The translations under genes were made by a program, and so were the position numbers. Below are positions 62,699 through 64,000 of a stretch of 64,000 nucleotides of DNA, piece by piece. The notes below the pieces were generated by a model, which was given only the letters and a program-made list of their open reading frames with translations, was not told the origin of the DNA and searched no databases. The DNA is from Pirellulales bacterium. Its GTDB lineage: Bacteria > Planctomycetota > Planctomycetia > Pirellulales > JAICIG01. How positions within the stretch are numbered: position 1 is the first letter of the stretch; every line of letters begins with the position of its first letter. The DNA lies in NCBI GenBank assembly GCA_040901675.1, contig JBBDYJ010000039.1:1-64000 (forward strand), given 5' to 3'.

Positions 62699-64000
62699 AT
62701 GATGGCAAAGCAATCGACGGCCCGACTGCGGCCGAGCTGGCGGGCACTCGTGCTGGCACTGGTCTGCCTGTCGGCCGGCGCGCTGCTGGCAACCGGGCCG
62801 GATATTTCCCTGGCCCAGCAAACGCCGCCCGCGGGCCTGGCCGAAGAGCAGCCGGTCAGCGGCGAGCTGCCGGGGCAGACGGCGCCGGACGGCGAAGCGG
62901 CCCAGCCGCCGGGCGAACCCGCGGCCGATCCAGACCGCCGGGTGGCGCGTCCCGGCGAGACGGGCCTGTCTCCCTTGGCGCGGATCGGCATTGTGGCCGC
63001 CGTGTTCCTGATCCCCCTGCTGCTGGGCCATTACCTGGCCGGCGTGCTGCGGATGCCGGACTACGAATGGCGGATCAGCGTGGCGTTGTTCGCCATCGTG
63101 GCCGGGCTGACGATCACGGTGTTGGGGTGGCCGCCCAAGCTGGGACTCGACCTGCGCGGTGGTGCGATCCTGATTTACCAGGTCGAGGACGCCGACTTCA
63201 ACATGGAGCAGTTGGTCACGGAGGTGACTCAGCGCGTCAATCCGGGCGGCATCCGCGAGGTGGCGGTGCGCCCTTACGGCGAGAGGGAGATCCAGATCTC
63301 GATTCCCGAGGCGGACGAGAACGAGCTGCAGCGGATCGAGTACATCCTGAGCACGACCGGCCAACTGGAGTTCCGCATCCTGGCCACCCGCGATGACGAC
63401 GAGGACATCGTCTCCCTGGCCACCGGGGAGCAGTTTGACAACGTGACCGAGGTCACCGACGAGGCGGAGGACGGCACGCAGGAAGTCGTCGCCAAGTGGG
63501 TGCCGGTGGCCAAGGAGGAGGCGGCCAGGTACGCGGCGAGCGATTACTATGCCACGCGCCTGAATAAACGGGGCGAGCTGGAAGTGCTGGTGCTGATGGA
63601 TCCGTTCAACGTCACCGGCGAATACCTGACCAAAGCCTCGCCGGGGGTGGACCGCAACAACAGGCCGGCCGTCAATTTCTCCTTTGACTCGGCCGGGGCC
63701 CGCAGGTTCGGCAATTTGACGGGCCGCAACCTGCCCGATCCCGCCCAGCCCAACAAGACCCGCGCGCTGGGGATCGTTCTCGATCGGTACCTGCGTTCGG
63801 CCCCGGCTATCCGCGAGCGGATCAACCGCGATGGGGAGATCACGGGTGAATTCACGGAGCAGGAGGTCAAGGACCTGGCCGCCGTGCTCACCGCCGGGGC
63901 CCTGCCCGCCACGCTGGTGAAGGAGCCGACCAGCCGGCTGCTGACCGGACCCACGCTGGGCCGCGACATGATCGACAAGGGCGTCCGCGCCATGACGGTT
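62699..64000 (+). CDS. secD: Protein translocase SecD (or SecDF), runs off the window end
   Basis: Hand translation in frame from 62699 gives KLGLDLRGG, GQLEFRI, AGALPA and GPTLG; absent from the track because it has no stop in the window. Confidence 0.9.
   Translation, partial: MMAKQSTARLRPSWRALVLALVCLSAGALLATGPDISLAQQTPPAGLAEEQPVSGELPGQTAPDGEAAQPPGEPAADPDRRVARPGETGLSPLARIGIVAAVFLIPLLLGHYLAGVLRMPDYEWRISVALFAIVAGLTITVLGWPPKLGLDLRGGAILIYQVEDADFNMEQLVTEVTQRVNPGGIREVAVRPYGEREIQISIPEADENELQRIEYILSTTGQLEFRILATRDDDEDIVSLATGEQFDNVTEVTDEAEDGTQEVVAKWVPVAKEEAARYAASDYYATRLNKRGELEVLVLMDPFNVTGEYLTKASPGVDRNNRPAVNFSFDSAGARRFGNLTGRNLPDPAQPNKTRALGIVLDRYLRSAPAIRERINRDGEITGEFTEQEVKDLAAVLTAGALPATLVKEPTSRLLTGPTLGRDMIDKGVRAMTV

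Overview
GC-rich bacterial chromosomal window, most likely from a planctomycete. That assignment is inferred from the DUF1501 + DUF1549/DUF1553 cytochrome gene pair, the TPR-alphaCTD protein and FQFSL-motif membrane proteins. Housekeeping genes include prepilin peptidase, aroK, aroD-aroE, mutL, an NtrC/histidine kinase pair, pnp, rpsO, xerD, galE, prmC-prfA-rpmE, kdsA, tRNA-Thr and tgt-yajC-secD. Four things stand out. (1) A 9-gene, ~13 kb minus-strand operon (19645-32695) joins a Zn-ribbon TRAFAC GTPase and a GAP1-N2-like protein with a low-GC C-terminus to a GYF membrane protein, a MotA/ExbB channel, two coiled-coil ExbD/MotB-like subunits and a membrane trypsin-like protease; it is a candidate ion-motor-coupled conflict or envelope system. 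(2) A split AhpD-like ORF looks like a secreted selenoprotein (CFY-TGA-MGH plus a SECIS-like hairpin). (3) A 1805-bp IS1-family-derived cargo element has 27-bp inverted repeats and an 8-bp target duplication. (4) A candidate sigma54-driven structured RNA lies between kdsA and tRNA-Thr. Several REP-like, miniature-inverted and heptamer repeats also overlap gene 3' ends. All calls come from reading the sequence and the supplied ORF track; no database searches were run.
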